From NCBI GenBank assembly GCA_963703125.1, contig OY969790.1:2575832-2639831 (forward strand): a stretch of DNA of 64,000 nucleotides. The letters run 5' to 3'. The position numbers were made by a program, and so were the translations under genes. Shown here piece by piece: positions 1-10,425 of the stretch (position 1 is the first letter of the stretch; the number at the start of each line of letters is the position of its first letter). This DNA is from an uncultured Flavobacteriaceae bacterium. GTDB lineage: Bacteria; Bacteroidota; Bacteroidia; Flavobacteriales; Flavobacteriaceae. The notes under the pieces were generated by a model, which saw nothing but the letters and a program-made list of their open reading frames with translations, made no database searches and was not told the DNA's origin.

Positions 1-678
1 TTTGGCCTTTTTTAATCGGATATCACGATCATGCACTATTCCCGTGACGGCCACCCGGGCACCTGCGGCGCGCGCTACCTCGGCGGACATTAATCCAATG
101 ATCCCACATCCCGTAACTACAACATCTTGGCCTGGTTTGATATTGCATTTGTTGTAAAGGGCATTCACAATGATCGACAAGGGTTCTACCAAGGCACCTT
201 GTGCAGGAGTCAATCCCTCCATTAGATGTACCACACGATCAGACTCCAGCACCACACGCTGACCAAAACCACCATTCCTATGAAAGCCAATAATCTGCTT
301 TTTCGGACAGAGGTTCCATTTGGCAATGCTGCATGCCGGACAATCTTCATCTTGGCAACCCAGCATGGCCAACGGAGTAAAAATATCACCCACTTTGACA
401 TCACCATGGTCACCGGGACCCAATTCCAGAACCTCGGCACTGAACTCATGGCCAATAACCCTGGGACGTTCTACCCAATCAAAGTTTGGTTTCCCGAGCG
501 TAGCACTATTGTCCGAACCGCAAATGCCGGTATATAAAGTCTTGGCCAAAATCTCGCCCTCCTTTAGCTTCGGTATCTCCATTTCTACAACGCTAGTGTT
601 CCTTGTTACCGAACCTTCCGAACCTGGATATATCTTTTCCCTGCCCTGAAGACAAAATCCCTTTATTGATTCACTCAT
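1..678 (-). CDS. Zn-dependent alcohol/polyol dehydrogenase (MDR family); 3' end runs off the window
   Basis: Absent from the ORF track because there is no stop in the window. Manual minus-strand translation from the ATG at 676-678 gives MSESIKGF..LYTGICGSD..VIGHEFSAEV..GCQDEDCPAC..VVVTGCGIIGL. This shows the GHE motif, a Cys-rich Zn motif and a GxGxxG Rossmann motif. Confidence 0.8.
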   Translation of the reverse strand, partial: MSESIKGFCLQGREKIYPGSEGSVTRNTSVVEMEIPKLKEGEILAKTLYTGICGSDNSATLGKPNFDWVERPRVIGHEFSAEVLELGPGDHGDVKVGDIFTPLAMLGCQDEDCPACSIAKWNLCPKKQIIGFHRNGGFGQRVVLESDRVVHLMEGLTPAQGALVEPLSIIVNALYNKCNIKPGQDVVVTGCGIIGLMSAEVARAAGARVAVTGIVHDRDIRLKKAK

Positions 679-757
679 TTTTGTTTATTGTTAACCGTTA
701 TTGGTTGATCGTTTTTTATGGTCTAAGGAAGTTACCACCCACTACATGCACCAACCA

Positions 758-1915
758 CTACTTCCAATGAACCCCTGTATTTTTCCAACTTTTGGATTTG
801 GCCGATTCAAGTACGGCCTCACAAACTTTCTGTGTTTCTTGTGCCTCTTTGAAAGTTGGAGAGCATTGTTTTCCTTCCTCCAAACACTTCAGAAAATCAG
901 CTATTTGATGTACAAAACTGTGTTCATATCCAATAGACAGACCAGGAACCCACCACTTATCCATATACGGATGGTCACCATCGGTAACATGGATAGATCG
1001 CCAGCCACGTTCCTTGGATTCATCTCTGTGATCAAAATATTCCAGACGTGTAAGATCATGCAAATCCCATTTAATGGAAGCATGTTCACCGTTTATTTCA
1101 AATGTATAAAGTGCCTTATGTCCTCGTGCGTATCTCGTTGATTCAAAAACGCCCAGCGAGCCATTATCAAAATGACAGTGGAAGATGCATGCATCGTCAA
1201 TCGTCACTTTCTGAACTTCGCCGGATGCCGTATGCGTTCTTTCTTTAATGAAGGTCTCGGTCATGGCCGAAACATCTTTTATGCCTCCGTTCAACCACAT
1301 GGCGGTATCAATGCAATGTGCCAAAAGATCTCCCGTAACTCCTGAACCGGCAGCATCATTGTCCAGACGCCAAAGCCCTTCGCCACCCTGCGGCAATTCG
1401 GGACTTATGGTCCAATCCTGGAGAAAATTGGCCCGATAATGGAAAATTCTTCCCAGTTTTCCGGCATCTATCAATTGCTTTGCCAAGGTTACGGCAGGCA
1501 GTCGCCTGTAATTGTAATACACCGTATTGGCCACACCTGCTTTTTCCACTGCGTCCACCATGGGCTGTGCTTCGGCAACCGTCCTTGCCAACGGTTTTTC
1601 ACAAAGAATCATTTTTCCTGCCTTAGCAGCCGCTATGGCAATCTCGGCGTGCATATTATTGGGCGTACAGATATCAATTGCATCAATGTCATCCCTTGCA
1701 ATCACCTTGCGCCAGTCCGTTTCCGTGTTTTCGTACCCCCATTGTTCGGCAAAAGCCTTTAGGCGTTCTTCATTGCGGGCACAGACCACCTTCAATACAG
1801 GTCGATAACTTAATTCGGGAAAAAAATCATTGACTCTTTTATATCCATTGGTATGGGTTCGCCCCATGAATCCGTACCCTATTAAACCTATTCTTAGTTC
1901 TTTTTTATTTGACAT
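758..1915 (-). CDS. Gfo/Idh/MocA family oxidoreductase
   Basis: 385-aa ORF. The N-terminal Rossmann motif is [14 protein letters not shown], and EKP is present in LCEKPLA, as is typical for the family. Confidence 0.9.
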   Translation of the reverse strand: MSNKKELRIGLIGYGFMGRTHTNGYKRVNDFFPELSYRPVLKVVCARNEERLKAFAEQWGYENTETDWRKVIARDDIDAIDICTPNNMHAEIAIAAAKAGKMILCEKPLARTVAEAQPMVDAVEKAGVANTVYYNYRRLPAVTLAKQLIDAGKLGRIFHYRANFLQDWTISPELPQGGEGLWRLDNDAAGSGVTGDLLAHCIDTAMWLNGGIKDVSAMTETFIKERTHTASGEVQKVTIDDACIFHCHFDNGSLGVFESTRYARGHKALYTFEINGEHASIKWDLHDLTRLEYFDHRDESKERGWRSIHVTDGDHPYMDKWWVPGLSIGYEHSFVHQIADFLKCLEEGKQCSPTFKEAQETQKVCEAVLESAKSKSWKNTGVHWK

Positions 1916-2005
1916 TATTTCGATTACTAGTTGATCTTATTCGTTGCTGGTTTTTTGTGAATGTTTGACGCTGGCAGGTTGTTATAATCCTGGTCAATTC
2001 ACTAA

Positions 2006-2845
2006 TCACTTCGCTTCATACCACCCGTGCATTTCGCGCACCTTTATCATGGCACCCAAAATATCGTTCCATGTTTTGGGCTTCATCATTACATCATTGG
2101 GAAACATACACCCATCCCAGCAAATATGTTTGAACTTTTTGGTCAATATCCCTTTTTCATCCCGAAGCCAATGGCCCGAATCTACGGCAATATCCAATTT
2201 TCCATTGGGGTCCGAAGCTTGACAATGCCTACCGGTCTTATCATGTGATCCCGAACCGTAAACTGTGCCGTCGTTTTGAGCCACGTGGAAATCAATGGTC
2301 CAAGGGCGAAGCGCGGCACTAACGGTTTTAAGTCCTTCGGTCAAAGTAGCACGATCGTTCCAATCAAAATTTTCGGGTAGTATTCGCTCGTCCGGTTTGT
2401 TATAACCCAATAGGTACAGAAGAGTATGTGCCATATCAGCTTGAAATCCAATATTGGGACGATCAACGGCCTCAAGGGTATTGACCATGGTCTTCCAACC
2501 GTGCATTCCGCCCCAACAAATTTCACCCTCTGCCGCCAATGATTCGCCGTATCCGGCTGCGACATCACATGCTTCACGAAAAGTCTGGGCAATCAGTTTT
2601 GTGTTTCCAGCTGGATCTTTGGCCCAACTTTCTGGATCAACGGAAGAATCGATACGGACGACCCCGTGAGGACGTATTCCCAGTTCCCTTAATTTCTGTC
2701 CAATTTCACACGCCTTGCGAACTTGGGTCACAAACTGCTTTCGTTCCGCTGTGCTACCCATCGCGGAACCACCACCCGTGCCCGCCCAAATAGGGGCGAC
2801 CAGACTTCCAATTTCCAGATTCTTGGCCTGTGCCTTATCGGCCAT
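2006..2845 (-). CDS. Sugar phosphate isomerase/epimerase (xylose-isomerase-like TIM barrel); C-terminal roughly 80 percent of an apparently frameshifted gene
   Basis: 279-aa ORF. The upstream reading frame stays open to 2902, and a matching N-terminal fragment sits in another frame (see 2878-3054). Confidence 0.8.
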   Translation of the reverse strand: MADKAQAKNLEIGSLVAPIWAGTGGGSAMGSTAERKQFVTQVRKACEIGQKLRELGIRPHGVVRIDSSVDPESWAKDPAGNTKLIAQTFREACDVAAGYGESLAAEGEICWGGMHGWKTMVNTLEAVDRPNIGFQADMAHTLLYLLGYNKPDERILPENFDWNDRATLTEGLKTVSAALRPWTIDFHVAQNDGTVYGSGSHDKTGRHCQASDPNGKLDIAVDSGHWLRDEKGILTKKFKHICWDGCMFPNDVMMKPKTWNDILGAMIKVREMHGWYEAK

Positions 2846-2877
2846 TTTTTTGATTCCGTCATCTGTGGAATCAATGT

Positions 2878-3054
2878 CTAAATGAGGGTCGCCACGAACA
2901 GGTCAAATCCATCGAATTTAACACCGTTTACTTCCGCATTGGCGGTAAGTTCTATCATAGTGTCGATTGAAATGGGAGGTTCGGAATCTGGTCCTTTTCC
3001 TACCACTCCAGGCCAGGACGCATTGTGGAGTTTGGGGTAATTGTTTGCAGGCAT
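2878..3054 (-). pseudogene. N-terminal fragment (58 aa) of the same TIM-barrel gene, separated from it by a 1-nt frameshift
   Basis: Manual translation from the ATG at 3052-3054 gives [58 protein letters not shown]. The downstream ORF frame reads ..[21 protein letters not shown].. through the same bases. The total span 2006-3054 is 1049 nt, which is not a multiple of 3. Confidence 0.6.
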
Positions 3055-3620
3055 ACTATTAAGATTTTTGATTAAACTTTAAGGTTCAATTGCTTGTTAA
3101 GATAAACAAAGAATATGTATATAACAATATGAAATTTTGGGCGAAGGATGCTGCTCAATCCGCAAAAAACTGCCTCAAAATTTGACAATTTGAACCCATT
3201 GCTACAAATTTAGAGTAGAGCAACCTTTGTACATACCTATATATTGATAAAAGATGATACTTTTTTGCCTCTATTTAGGATTAATTGGGTTTAATCGCTA
3301 TTTTAAGCCTACATATAAATGAAAACACATTCACATTTATAGAACGGACGGTTGTTGAAGCAAAGAAAGTATCAACTTTTAGTAAAAATGAGGAAATGTT
3401 TTGCTTCTTTTCCATCTAGATTTGTTTGTTTTCAGATATACTTAAAATAAAATAGATGCTAATTGTCTAATTAGGTGGTATTTTAAACGTTAATACCTTA
3501 ATACGTTATGAAAATAATTATGATTATCGCAAAAAATGTTTTAAACTTATAGATTCAAATTTGAACTTGTCCTTTGGGCAATTCACTAAACCAATTAACT
3601 TTTTTTAAACAATTTAACCA

Positions 3621-4865
3621 ATGGAAAATACAACCTCTACACTAGCTCCTAATGCCAATAGGCTTTTCTATGCGAGCTGTTTTGCTTTAATTACGACAGC
3701 ATTCTCTTTTAGTATTAGGGCCGGGATCCTCCCTCAATTAGGTGAAGAACTTAGCTTAACCGCCGAGCAATTGGGATATATCAATTCAATGTGGTTTTTA
3801 GGCTTCCCAATTTCAATGGTCATCGGGGGCTTGATTTATCATAAAGTAGGGGGTAAGGCAATCATGCAATTTGCTTTTTTCGCCCACGCCATCGGAATTA
3901 TTATGACTATTTATTCCGGAAGTTATATAGGCTTGTTAATTTCAACATTGTTCATAGGGCTCGGTAACGGTTGTACCGAAGCGGCTTGTAATCCGATGAT
4001 CGCCGATGCCTATGAAGGAACCCGGATGAGTAAAATGATGAATCGTTTTCATATGTGGTTTCCAGGGGGTATAGTTGTGGGTAGTCTTATTTCCAACTTC
4101 ATGACCAAAGGAGGTCTGAGCTGGGAAACCCAAATATGGATCATCATAATTCCGACGTTAATATATGCATATCTGTTTTTTGGCCAACCTTGGCCTAAGG
4201 CAAAAGTTAAAGAAGGCGCTACCCTAGGGGGCAATTTTAAGGCGATGCTTTCACCATTGTTTCTATTTATGGTCGTCTGTATGGCACTTACTGCTGCTAC
4301 GGAATTTATACCTCAGCAATGGTTCAGTTTAATTTTGGCCAAAAGCGGTGCCCAGCCCATGCTTATTTTGGCTTTGGTCACAGGTATAATGGCGGTCGCA
4401 CGTTATTTTGGTGGTGAAATGGTGCATAAGTTCGATCAGACCGGGGTGCTTTTAGGCTCGGCACTATTGGCCACCATAGGGATTTACCTATTCAGCACCC
4501 AAACGGGCATGATGGCCTATGTTGCGGCAATCTTTTTCGCCTTGGGTGTTGCCTATTTCTGGCCTAATATGATAGGATTCATTGCAGATAAAATACCAAA
4601 AAGTGGTGCATTGGGCATGTCCATTCTTGGGGCAGTGGGAATGTTTTCCCAAACCATATTTCAGCCGATAACAGGTCATTGGATCGACCAGGATTTAGAG
4701 GCGGCCGCCGCAAGAGGACTCACTGGTGACGAATTGGAATTGATAGCAGGTCAAGATACGATGCGTACCATTACCATATTTCCGATTATTTTAATAGTAC
4801 TATTTACAATTCTCTATTTCTGGGTTAAAAAGAGGAAAGCGGCTGCTGCAGTTGCTTCATCATAA
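3621..4865 (+). CDS. MFS transporter (sugar/H+ symporter-like)
   Basis: 414-aa hydrophobic ORF with a roughly 12-TM pattern. It is divergent from the oxidoreductase operon. Confidence 0.8.
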   Translation: MENTTSTLAPNANRLFYASCFALITTAFSFSIRAGILPQLGEELSLTAEQLGYINSMWFLGFPISMVIGGLIYHKVGGKAIMQFAFFAHAIGIIMTIYSGSYIGLLISTLFIGLGNGCTEAACNPMIADAYEGTRMSKMMNRFHMWFPGGIVVGSLISNFMTKGGLSWETQIWIIIIPTLIYAYLFFGQPWPKAKVKEGATLGGNFKAMLSPLFLFMVVCMALTAATEFIPQQWFSLILAKSGAQPMLILALVTGIMAVARYFGGEMVHKFDQTGVLLGSALLATIGIYLFSTQTGMMAYVAAIFFALGVAYFWPNMIGFIADKIPKSGALGMSILGAVGMFSQTIFQPITGHWIDQDLEAAAARGLTGDELELIAGQDTMRTITIFPIILIVLFTILYFWVKKRKAAAAVASS

Positions 4866-4924
4866 CCGATGTGTTATAGATGTAATATCAAAACTAAAAC
4901 CTGATAAAGAGCATAGTAATTAAC

Positions 4925-4960
4925 AACCCCTTCCAGGTTATTTGGAGGGGGTTCAATTTT
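4925..4960 (+). terminator. Candidate intrinsic terminator after the MFS gene
   Basis: AACCCCTTCCA (4925-4935) pairs with TGGAGGGGGTT (4943-4953) with one G-T wobble and a 7-nt loop. An A/T-rich tail follows. Confidence 0.5.
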
Positions 4961-4975
4961 AAATAAAGCTGTTCA

Positions 4976-5815
4976 ATGAAAATAGGAATGAACATGTTAC
5001 TCTGGACGAACCATGTCACAGAAGCCCATTTTAATATTGTTGATACCTTGAAAAAGACAGGATATGATGGCATAGAACTGTTTTTAGGCGAGGGCGATGT
5101 ATCCCATTATTCAAAGTTGGGGAACCATTTTTCAAGCATTGGAATGGGAGTCACGGCGGTCGCAAGCTTGGCCCTTGAAGAAAATATTGCGAGTCCGGAT
5201 AAGAAAATACGTGGGGCCGGATTGGATAAACTAAAATGGTCCATTGACGTTGCCAAGGCTGCCAATGTTGAAGTAATATGTGGCCCTTTTCATTCCAGTT
5301 TCGCCTATTTTACACGACAACCTCCGACCGATGTTGAATGTAATTGGAGTATTGAAATGCTACAAAAGGCCGCAGAATATGCGCAAAGCGCCAATATTAT
5401 CCTCGCCCCTGAGGCACTGAACCGTTTTGAGTGCTACCTTTACAATACAATGGCCGATTTACGTACACTGGTCCAGAAGGTCAATCACCCTAACTTAGGG
5501 GCGATGTACGACACACACCACAGTAATATTGAGGAAAAGAGCCAGGCAACAGCAATTAAGACCATCGCACCTTACTTACGTCATGTACATATTAGTGAGA
5601 ACGACCGAGGGACACCGGGAAGCGGTCAAGTAAATTGGATCGATGTATTCAAAACACTCAATGAAATAAGGTACGATGGCTGGTTGACCATTGAAGCCTT
5701 TAGCACTATTATACCTGAGTTTGCCAATGCCATCAATGTATGGCGCGATTATTCGCCTTCCGAGGAGATATATACAAGGGGTCTGGCTTTTATAAAAGAG
5801 GGAATGGGAGTGTAG
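4976..5815 (+). CDS. Ketose 3-epimerase-like sugar isomerase/epimerase (TIM barrel)
   Basis: 279 aa. A metal-binding tetrad pattern is recognisable in PEALNRFE, YDTHH, HVHISENDRG and TIEAF. Confidence 0.8.
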   Translation: MKIGMNMLLWTNHVTEAHFNIVDTLKKTGYDGIELFLGEGDVSHYSKLGNHFSSIGMGVTAVASLALEENIASPDKKIRGAGLDKLKWSIDVAKAANVEVICGPFHSSFAYFTRQPPTDVECNWSIEMLQKAAEYAQSANIILAPEALNRFECYLYNTMADLRTLVQKVNHPNLGAMYDTHHSNIEEKSQATAIKTIAPYLRHVHISENDRGTPGSGQVNWIDVFKTLNEIRYDGWLTIEAFSTIIPEFANAINVWRDYSPSEEIYTRGLAFIKEGMGV

Positions 5816-5885
5816 GTTGGCAGTTGGCGTTTTGGATTTAGGAGTTTTTAATTCTAATTTCGTCTTAACATTTTAACATATAGCG

Positions 5886-7001
5886 ATGATAAAAAAAATA
5901 GGCCTTTTGATACTTGCTTTACTTCTCTTTGCTTGTGGAGGTAAGAAGGAGGCAGAAAAGATTGTTATAAGCCAAGTTGAACCTCCAAAAGAGTGGTTGG
6001 TTTTTGATGGGTCTGATGCAAATGCCAAGCGAATTGTTTTCATTTCCGGGGATGAGGAGTACAGGTCCGAAGAGGGTTTACCGCAATTGGCCAAGATTCT
6101 TTCGAGGCATTACGGATTTAACTGTACCGTATTGTTTGCTCAAGATCCGGAAAATCCAGGAATCATAGACCCGAACTATACAAAAAATATTCCGGGACTG
6201 AATGAGCTTACCTCCGCCGATATGATGATTATTCAGACCCGTTTTAGAGCGCTCCCAGATTCACAAATGCAGTATATAGACGATTATTTAAAGGCGGGAA
6301 AACCGGTTTTGGGCATCCGTACTGCTACCCATGCGTTCAATTTTGATTCCGATTCCACCTCCAACTTTGTGCACTACGGCAATTATTACAAAGGAGACAA
6401 AGCAGAATGGAAAGATGGTTTTGGTCGATTCGTTCTAGGGGAAAATTGGGTCAATCATCATGGGCATCACAAACACCAAAGTACACGGGGAATTATTGTG
6501 GAAAGTGAGAAAACAAACCCAATAACCAACGGATTGCATGATAACGATATTTGGTGCGCCACCGATGTATATGGCGTGCGATTGCCATTGCCTGGAGACA
6601 GCAAACCAATTATTTTGGGACAAGTTGTAAATAGGGCGGGAAAGTATGATGAAAGGGATTTGTTTTACGGCATGAAACCTTCAGATATTGAAATTGCCGA
6701 CAAAAACAGTGAAGGAATGGCCTTGAATAATCCTATGATGCCGGTTGCATGGACCAAAACATATAAACTTCAAAACGGTAATGTGGGCAAGATATTTACT
6801 ACGACGATGGGCTCGGCCACCGATTTGCTTAATGAGGGCGTTCGTAGATTAATTGTCAATGGAGTTTTGTGGGCAATGGATTTGGAAGTGCCTGCAAAAG
6901 CCAATGTTGATTTGGTACAACCCTATAAACCTTCTTCCTTTGGTTTCAAAACCGATGAGTATTGGTCGGAAAAGAAGTTGCGAGTAACTGATTTGGAATA
7001 G
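5886..7001 (+). CDS. ThuA-like / class-I glutamine-amidotransferase-fold lipoprotein
   Basis: 371 aa with a lipobox in LLLFACGG. IVFISGDEEYRSEEGLPQLA resembles ThuA-like domains as I recall them. The family call is not verified by any search. Confidence 0.5.
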   Translation: MIKKIGLLILALLLFACGGKKEAEKIVISQVEPPKEWLVFDGSDANAKRIVFISGDEEYRSEEGLPQLAKILSRHYGFNCTVLFAQDPENPGIIDPNYTKNIPGLNELTSADMMIIQTRFRALPDSQMQYIDDYLKAGKPVLGIRTATHAFNFDSDSTSNFVHYGNYYKGDKAEWKDGFGRFVLGENWVNHHGHHKHQSTRGIIVESEKTNPITNGLHDNDIWCATDVYGVRLPLPGDSKPIILGQVVNRAGKYDERDLFYGMKPSDIEIADKNSEGMALNNPMMPVAWTKTYKLQNGNVGKIFTTTMGSATDLLNEGVRRLIVNGVLWAMDLEVPAKANVDLVQPYKPSSFGFKTDEYWSEKKLRVTDLE

Positions 7002-7672
7002 AATCAACCTCTTCTTATTATAAAAAATCCACCAATAAAGATTCTTTTAGTCTAAATTTCCTATAAAGCATGAATAATAGCTTGATATGATTTTCAAAAA
7101 AAATCAAATAGTTTTAGGTATTTAGGAAACTGAGGTCAAAAGCGTTAAGTTCATTTTTCATTTAAGTGCTTTAAAGAATATTTATGCTTCGGTGATTTTT
7201 CGATAATTTATTGAGAAATTTTGCATAAAGCCTTGAAACATAAAAAACGATTAAATTTTCAAGGTACAAGCTATGTTATTATAAGACTTGTGAAATATCC
7301 CCTTATCATATATGAATTTCTTACTCCTTTTGAAAGAAAATGTATTGAGTTTAACTTAGCTTGACAATTTATTTACCATTAATCAATATTTGACCATTTT
7401 TGGGACAAATGGAACGCCCGTTCATCGATTGGCTCCGCAATATCGGTAATTGACAGATAATCGATAAACGGTGCATAATAACGAAATAACTATATCTACC
7501 CTGAAAAACCAAGTACATTTATCGATGAAATGCTTTGATGGCAATTTCATTTTCTTCCCCCATTAAAATTAACTTGAATTATTTCGAAAAGGAAAATCCT
7601 ATATATAGAGAGCCTATTGAAATAATTTATTTTCACAATAAATCAAAAATCAGGTTAACAAATGCCAAACCA

Positions 7673-9043
7673 ATGACCAATGTGCTACTATTAACTTCCA
7701 ATATTTATTTCTTGGCAATTTTTTCGGCTGTAATGACATTTCTGGTGTCTACCAAGATACCTTTATATCCGGTAATTATCTATGTTGCCGAAAAAAAGAA
7801 ACTAATGGATGTGCCCTTGGAGCGTAGTGCCCATAGCACTCAGGTTCCGAATCTGGGAGGTTTGGGATTGTTCATAACGTTCTCCTTGACCCTGATAGTC
7901 CTAAGTCTTATGACAGATTTGTCTTCGGTGGATTTGATAAAGATCAATGCGCTCATGGCATCGACCATTATCCTTTTATTTTTGGGAATAAAGGATGATT
8001 TAGTCCTGATATCACCACTAAAAAAACTTATAGGTCAATTAGTTTCGGCCGCAATTGTTATTTTCTTATCCGATGTACGTATAGTTAGTCTTGAAGGTCT
8101 CCTGGGTATTGGTGAATTGCCCTATTTTTTATCCGTTGTGTTTTCTGCTTTTGTCTTTATTTTGGTCATCAACGCTATTAATCTCATTGATGGCATTGAT
8201 GGTTTGGCCGCTTCCATGGCAATAGTTGCAAGTTCTGTTTTTGGATTTTTCTTTATTGTCAATGGCCACTACCTGATGACGCTAGTGTCATTTATTTTAG
8301 TTGGTGCACTCGCTGGTTTTTTGAAATATAATTTATCGAAGTCGCATAAAATATTCATGGGCGATTGTGGCTCTATGCTAGTCGGATTCTTATTGGCATA
8401 CCAAGGAATGAATTTTTTAATATATAATTCCCTAGAAACATCTACGCACTCCCTAACAAATGCCCCAATAATCCTATTAGCGATTTTATCATTTCCCCTC
8501 TTGGATACTTTGAGAGTATTCGCAATACGGATAAGGCAAAAACGCAGTCCGTTTAGTGCCGATCGCAATCATATCCACCATCGACTTTTGAATTTGGGAT
8601 TTACCCATATTAATGCAACGCTGCTACTCTCCGTTTGTGCGATTTTCACTATTGGTATAGGGCTTTCCTTAGAAGGGTTGAATTTGCATCTTCAGCTACT
8701 GTTTATTGTTTGCTCAGGTATTTTACTCTATTTATTTCCATTTTTGAAGATATTTGATAGAAGGAAATACTTAAATCTTCAATCGCAAGTGCAGGCCAAA
8801 GTTTCCAAAACCATGGAAGGAATAAAAATCAGCGAAACTATAATGCAATCTCCAGAAAATATAAATAGCGGAAAGGGGTATACAGGTGACATTGTAGTCG
8901 AAGTATTTACCAAATCTGCGAACAACGGTAATAATGGTGAAGTAAAGGAAAAGGTTACAAGCAATCCCAAAATACTATCCAATAGACATACTGTGGTCAG
9001 TGAATTGACGAAATCCCCAAAAAAAGAGAATATTCAATTTTGA
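7673..9043 (+). CDS. Polyprenyl-phosphate HexNAc-1-phosphate transferase (MraY/WecA family, GT4 superfamily) with a roughly 100-aa hydrophilic C-terminal tail
   Basis: The ORF is open from 7535. Family-like sequence begins at MTNVLLL (ATG 7673). The protein is multi-TM, and INAINLIDGIDGLA and MGDCGS motifs are present. Confidence 0.8.
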   Translation: MTNVLLLTSNIYFLAIFSAVMTFLVSTKIPLYPVIIYVAEKKKLMDVPLERSAHSTQVPNLGGLGLFITFSLTLIVLSLMTDLSSVDLIKINALMASTIILLFLGIKDDLVLISPLKKLIGQLVSAAIVIFLSDVRIVSLEGLLGIGELPYFLSVVFSAFVFILVINAINLIDGIDGLAASMAIVASSVFGFFFIVNGHYLMTLVSFILVGALAGFLKYNLSKSHKIFMGDCGSMLVGFLLAYQGMNFLIYNSLETSTHSLTNAPIILLAILSFPLLDTLRVFAIRIRQKRSPFSADRNHIHHRLLNLGFTHINATLLLSVCAIFTIGIGLSLEGLNLHLQLLFIVCSGILLYLFPFLKIFDRRKYLNLQSQVQAKVSKTMEGIKISETIMQSPENINSGKGYTGDIVVEVFTKSANNGNNGEVKEKVTSNPKILSNRHTVVSELTKSPKKENIQF

Positions 9044-9145
9044 AATAAGAACGGTTCATTGGAATTGTACCGCTCATTTTCTGCGCGATGGTAAAAAAAT
9101 TTGGCTCACAGCTCAAATACAAAGAAAATAATTAAGTAGTATAAG

Positions 9146-10021
9146 ATGAAAGGAATAATACTGGCGGGAGGATCAGGCACAAGACTTTACCCTATAACCC
9201 TATCCGTAAGCAAGCAGTTATTGCCTGTTTATGATAAGCCAATGATATATTATCCTCTTTCAGTTTTGATGATAGCGGGGATTCGAGACATTCTAATAAT
9301 AACAACGCCCCATGATCAAAAATCCTTTATTAATTTGTTGGGCGACGGCTCTCAGGTTGGATGTAAATTTCAGTATGCCATACAGCCCGAACCCAATGGT
9401 TTGGCTGAAGCTTTTATTATTGGAGAGGATTTCATCGGTAAAGATAAAGTGGCCCTTATTTTAGGGGATAATATTTTTTATGGCAGTGGGTTGGGGAAAT
9501 TGCTTCGTAGTAAAACTGATATCGAGGGTGCTTCAATTTTCGCTTATCCCGTCAATGACCCTGAACGGTACGGCGTAATAGAATTTGATAAAAATGAAAA
9601 GGCTCTAAGTATAGAAGAAAAGCCAAAACACCCAAAATCTTCTTATGCAGTTCCCGGGCTGTATTTTTATGACAACAAAGTGATTGAATATGCCAAACAA
9701 GTCCAACCATCGGCAAGAGGAGAAAAAGAAATCACAACGCTCAATCAATTGTATCTTAAAACGGGGAAATTGGAAGTGGGTGTTATGACCAGGGGAATGG
9801 CCTGGCTGGATACTGGAACAGTAGATGCAATGGATGACGCTTCCGAATTTGTAAGGGTAATGGAGAAGCGAACCGGAACTAAAATTGCATGTATTGAGGA
9901 AATAGCGTATTTGTATGGCTATATAAACAAGGAACAGGCGATTGAAGCTTCTAAGAGGTATGAGAAGAGCGGATATGGCGAATACATTAGAAAGGTTATT
10001 TCAACAGAATGGAAAAAGTAA
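9146..10021 (+). CDS. rfbA: Glucose-1-phosphate thymidylyltransferase
   Basis: MKGIILAGGSGTRLYPIT at the N-terminus, and the 291-aa length is typical of RmlA. Confidence 0.95.
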   Translation: MKGIILAGGSGTRLYPITLSVSKQLLPVYDKPMIYYPLSVLMIAGIRDILIITTPHDQKSFINLLGDGSQVGCKFQYAIQPEPNGLAEAFIIGEDFIGKDKVALILGDNIFYGSGLGKLLRSKTDIEGASIFAYPVNDPERYGVIEFDKNEKALSIEEKPKHPKSSYAVPGLYFYDNKVIEYAKQVQPSARGEKEITTLNQLYLKTGKLEVGVMTRGMAWLDTGTVDAMDDASEFVRVMEKRTGTKIACIEEIAYLYGYINKEQAIEASKRYEKSGYGEYIRKVISTEWKK

Positions 10022-10425
10022 AGATCATTGATCTTCCAAAAATATTAGATCCAAGAGGAAACTTGAGCTTTCTTGAAAGTGGCAACCATATTCCGTTTGA
10101 GATTAAAAGAACGTATTGGATCTATGATGTTCCCGGTGGTGAGATTAGGGGCGGCCATGCCTTTAAAGAACAAAATGAGTTTATTATAGTGTTATCAGGA
10201 AGTTTAGACATCATTATTTTTGATGGTAAAAAGGAGAAAAAGTTTTCATTGAACAGATCATATTATGGACTTTATATCCCAAACGGACTTTGGCGTCATA
10301 TGGAAAATTTTGCAACCAATACACTTGCCTTAGTAGTCTCAAGTACGTCATTTAACGAAAATGACTATATAAGGGATAAAAATGAATTCCTAAAAGTGAA
10401 ACTAGATGAAAATTTCAGTATTTGA
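10009..10425 (+). CDS. FdtA/QdtA/WxcM-type dTDP-4-keto-6-deoxyhexose 3,4-ketoisomerase-like cupin (variant His motif)
   Basis: 138 aa with LPKILDPRGNLSFLE and RGGHAFKE. It overlaps rfbA by 13 nt. Confidence 0.75.
   Translation: MEKVKIIDLPKILDPRGNLSFLESGNHIPFEIKRTYWIYDVPGGEIRGGHAFKEQNEFIIVLSGSLDIIIFDGKKEKKFSLNRSYYGLYIPNGLWRHMENFATNTLALVVSSTSFNENDYIRDKNEFLKVKLDENFSI

Noticed and set aside
222-649. Three ORF-track entries (77, 103 and 109 aa) at the left edge
   Set aside because: All overlap the much better supported minus-strand Zn-ADH frame (GHE, ICGSD and GxGxxG motifs), which the track omits because it lacks a stop in the window. Their sequences are low-complexity and family-less.
701-1141. 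146-aa plus-strand ORF, and other antisense ORFs inside long genes (for example 36630-37181, 39159-40007, 43007-43504 and 25572-25907)
   Set aside because: They lie antisense to, or out of frame with, genes that have clear family signatures. They have no recognisable motifs and show the composition typical of shadow ORFs.
3554-3565. Perfect palindrome TTCAAATTTGAA about 55 nt upstream of the MFS gene, with a related CAATTTGAAC at 3186-3195
   Set aside because: It is an AT-only 12-mer in a 565-nt AT-rich region, so chance occurrence is likely. There is no cognate regulator in the window to support an operator call.
7535-7672. N-terminal 46-codon extension of the WecA-like ORF (TTG/ATG at 7535-7540)
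   Set aside because: The extension (MMAISFSSPIKINLNYFEKENP..) is hydrophilic, AT-rich and unlike family N-termini. The ATG at 7673 directly precedes the first TM helix.
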